From contig NC_087437.1 of NCBI RefSeq assembly GCF_036321535.1, positions 116,872,001 to 116,936,000 on the forward strand: a DNA stretch of 64,000 nucleotides, read 5' to 3'. A program made the translations under genes and the position numbers. How positions within the stretch are numbered: the stretch's first letter is position 1; every line of letters starts with the position of its first letter. This stretch comes from Camelus dromedarius (lineage: Eukaryota). The notes under the pieces were generated by a model that was given only the letters and a program-made list of their open reading frames with translations, was not told where the DNA came from and did not search any database. Shown in pieces: positions 63,059 through 64,000 of the stretch.

Positions 63059-64000
63059 GGAGAGTGCCAGACTTGGCTGCTCCACAGGGAGCCGTCTGCT
63101 CCTCCCTGCACCCTGGGGACATGGAAGGCTGCTGTGGCGGGGGAAGATGCTAGCCCACTGTGGTGCCAGCCTCCCAAAGGCTCTGGATTGGTCCATCTTG
63201 CGCCAAAGCTACACCAAAACCTGACCAGAGCCTTATGCGTTTTAATTCAGAGTCAGAGGAGTGCAAAGTCCAGCGTGGAGCGTGCTGTCTCTACTAGTTT
63301 GAAGCGCAGAACAAATACCCGCCAGACTCCCCTAGGCACAGGCGTGGCCAGGCCTAGCGAGCGCTCCGAGCGAAATCGTGGGCCCTTCCTGATCCCCAGT
63401 GAGTTGACTTGGACTTTGCGTTTCTGCTGCAATCCCACTGCGCCCCTGGGAATCACGTGACACACCGGGCCTTCCAGCATTTGCCACCACCCACCCATCC
63501 CTCCCCTTTGAAGCCCTGCTCAGGCTCCCTGCATCCGTGAATCTTTTCTGAGTCTTTCCAGCCTGCACTGACCTCCCCACTCTCCACCCAGGGAGACACG
63601 GCTGCCCTCAGCGTTTGGCACTTTCGTGACTCTTGAACTCCTGTTTTCTCTCCCCACTGAACATGCCAGTCTGCAAGAGCAGGCCTGATCTTCAGTTACT
63701 GCTTTGTCTTCCTTCCCTCAAACTGCTCGGCACCCAAGTCACCAACAAGGCGTTCAGTGCGGACCTGCCGGTGGCAGTGAAAGCGTGGTCATGACAAGCG
63801 AGAGAACTTCCGTCCCTCTTGTTGCACGAGCATCTCCAGCTTTACACACACGCCCTTAGGAGGGTTCTGGGTCACCTGGGCATTTGTCCTGAGGCCTGGG
63901 GGTGCGCTTCGGGGCCTTTACAAAGACAGGAAGGCAGCACCACTCCCTGAAAATCATGCCTCTCGTCAACCCAGCTCCCAGGGACTGGGCACAGGCCCTG

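Noticed and set aside
1..64000. CRISPR arrays, operons or other prokaryotic/phage systems
   Set aside because: No regularly spaced repeats and no gene-dense coding DNA; the repeat content is clearly mammalian

Overview
This is eutherian mammalian genomic DNA, most likely from a camelid (alpaca, llama or camel). The basis is three tRNA-derived SINEs of the Vic-1 type, many cetartiodactyl-type L1 3' ends, a short Tigger1 derivative, and no recognisable Alu, Bov-tA/BovB or PRE-1. I recognise no protein-coding exon. The listed ORFs appear to be chance ORFs or decayed L1 ORF2 C-termini. A large part of the window is interspersed repeats: about 16 young 5'-truncated L1 ends in both orientations, older L1M fragments, L2, MIR, MLT1/MLT2 and ERV1-like LTRs, and DNA transposons (MER5A, MER45A, MER53, MER58A, MER113, Tigger1). 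Several are nested, with readable target-site duplications (TSDs). The unique sequence holds several candidate regulatory modules. The most interesting items are (i) a truncated LTR at 52.7-53.0 kb with TATA and downstream splice signals that could drive a minus-strand non-coding transcript, (ii) an unexplained inverted duplication of about 66 bp (50.1 kb versus 51.7 kb), (iii) a MER53 palindrome carrying miR-1302-like sequence on both strands, (iv) an NF-kB/AP-1/C-EBP/octamer cluster at 62.5-62.7 kb, and (v) signs of local AT-to-GC substitution bias. I found no convincing new biological system. Repeat family names come from remembered consensus sequences, were not searched against a database, and boundaries are approximate.
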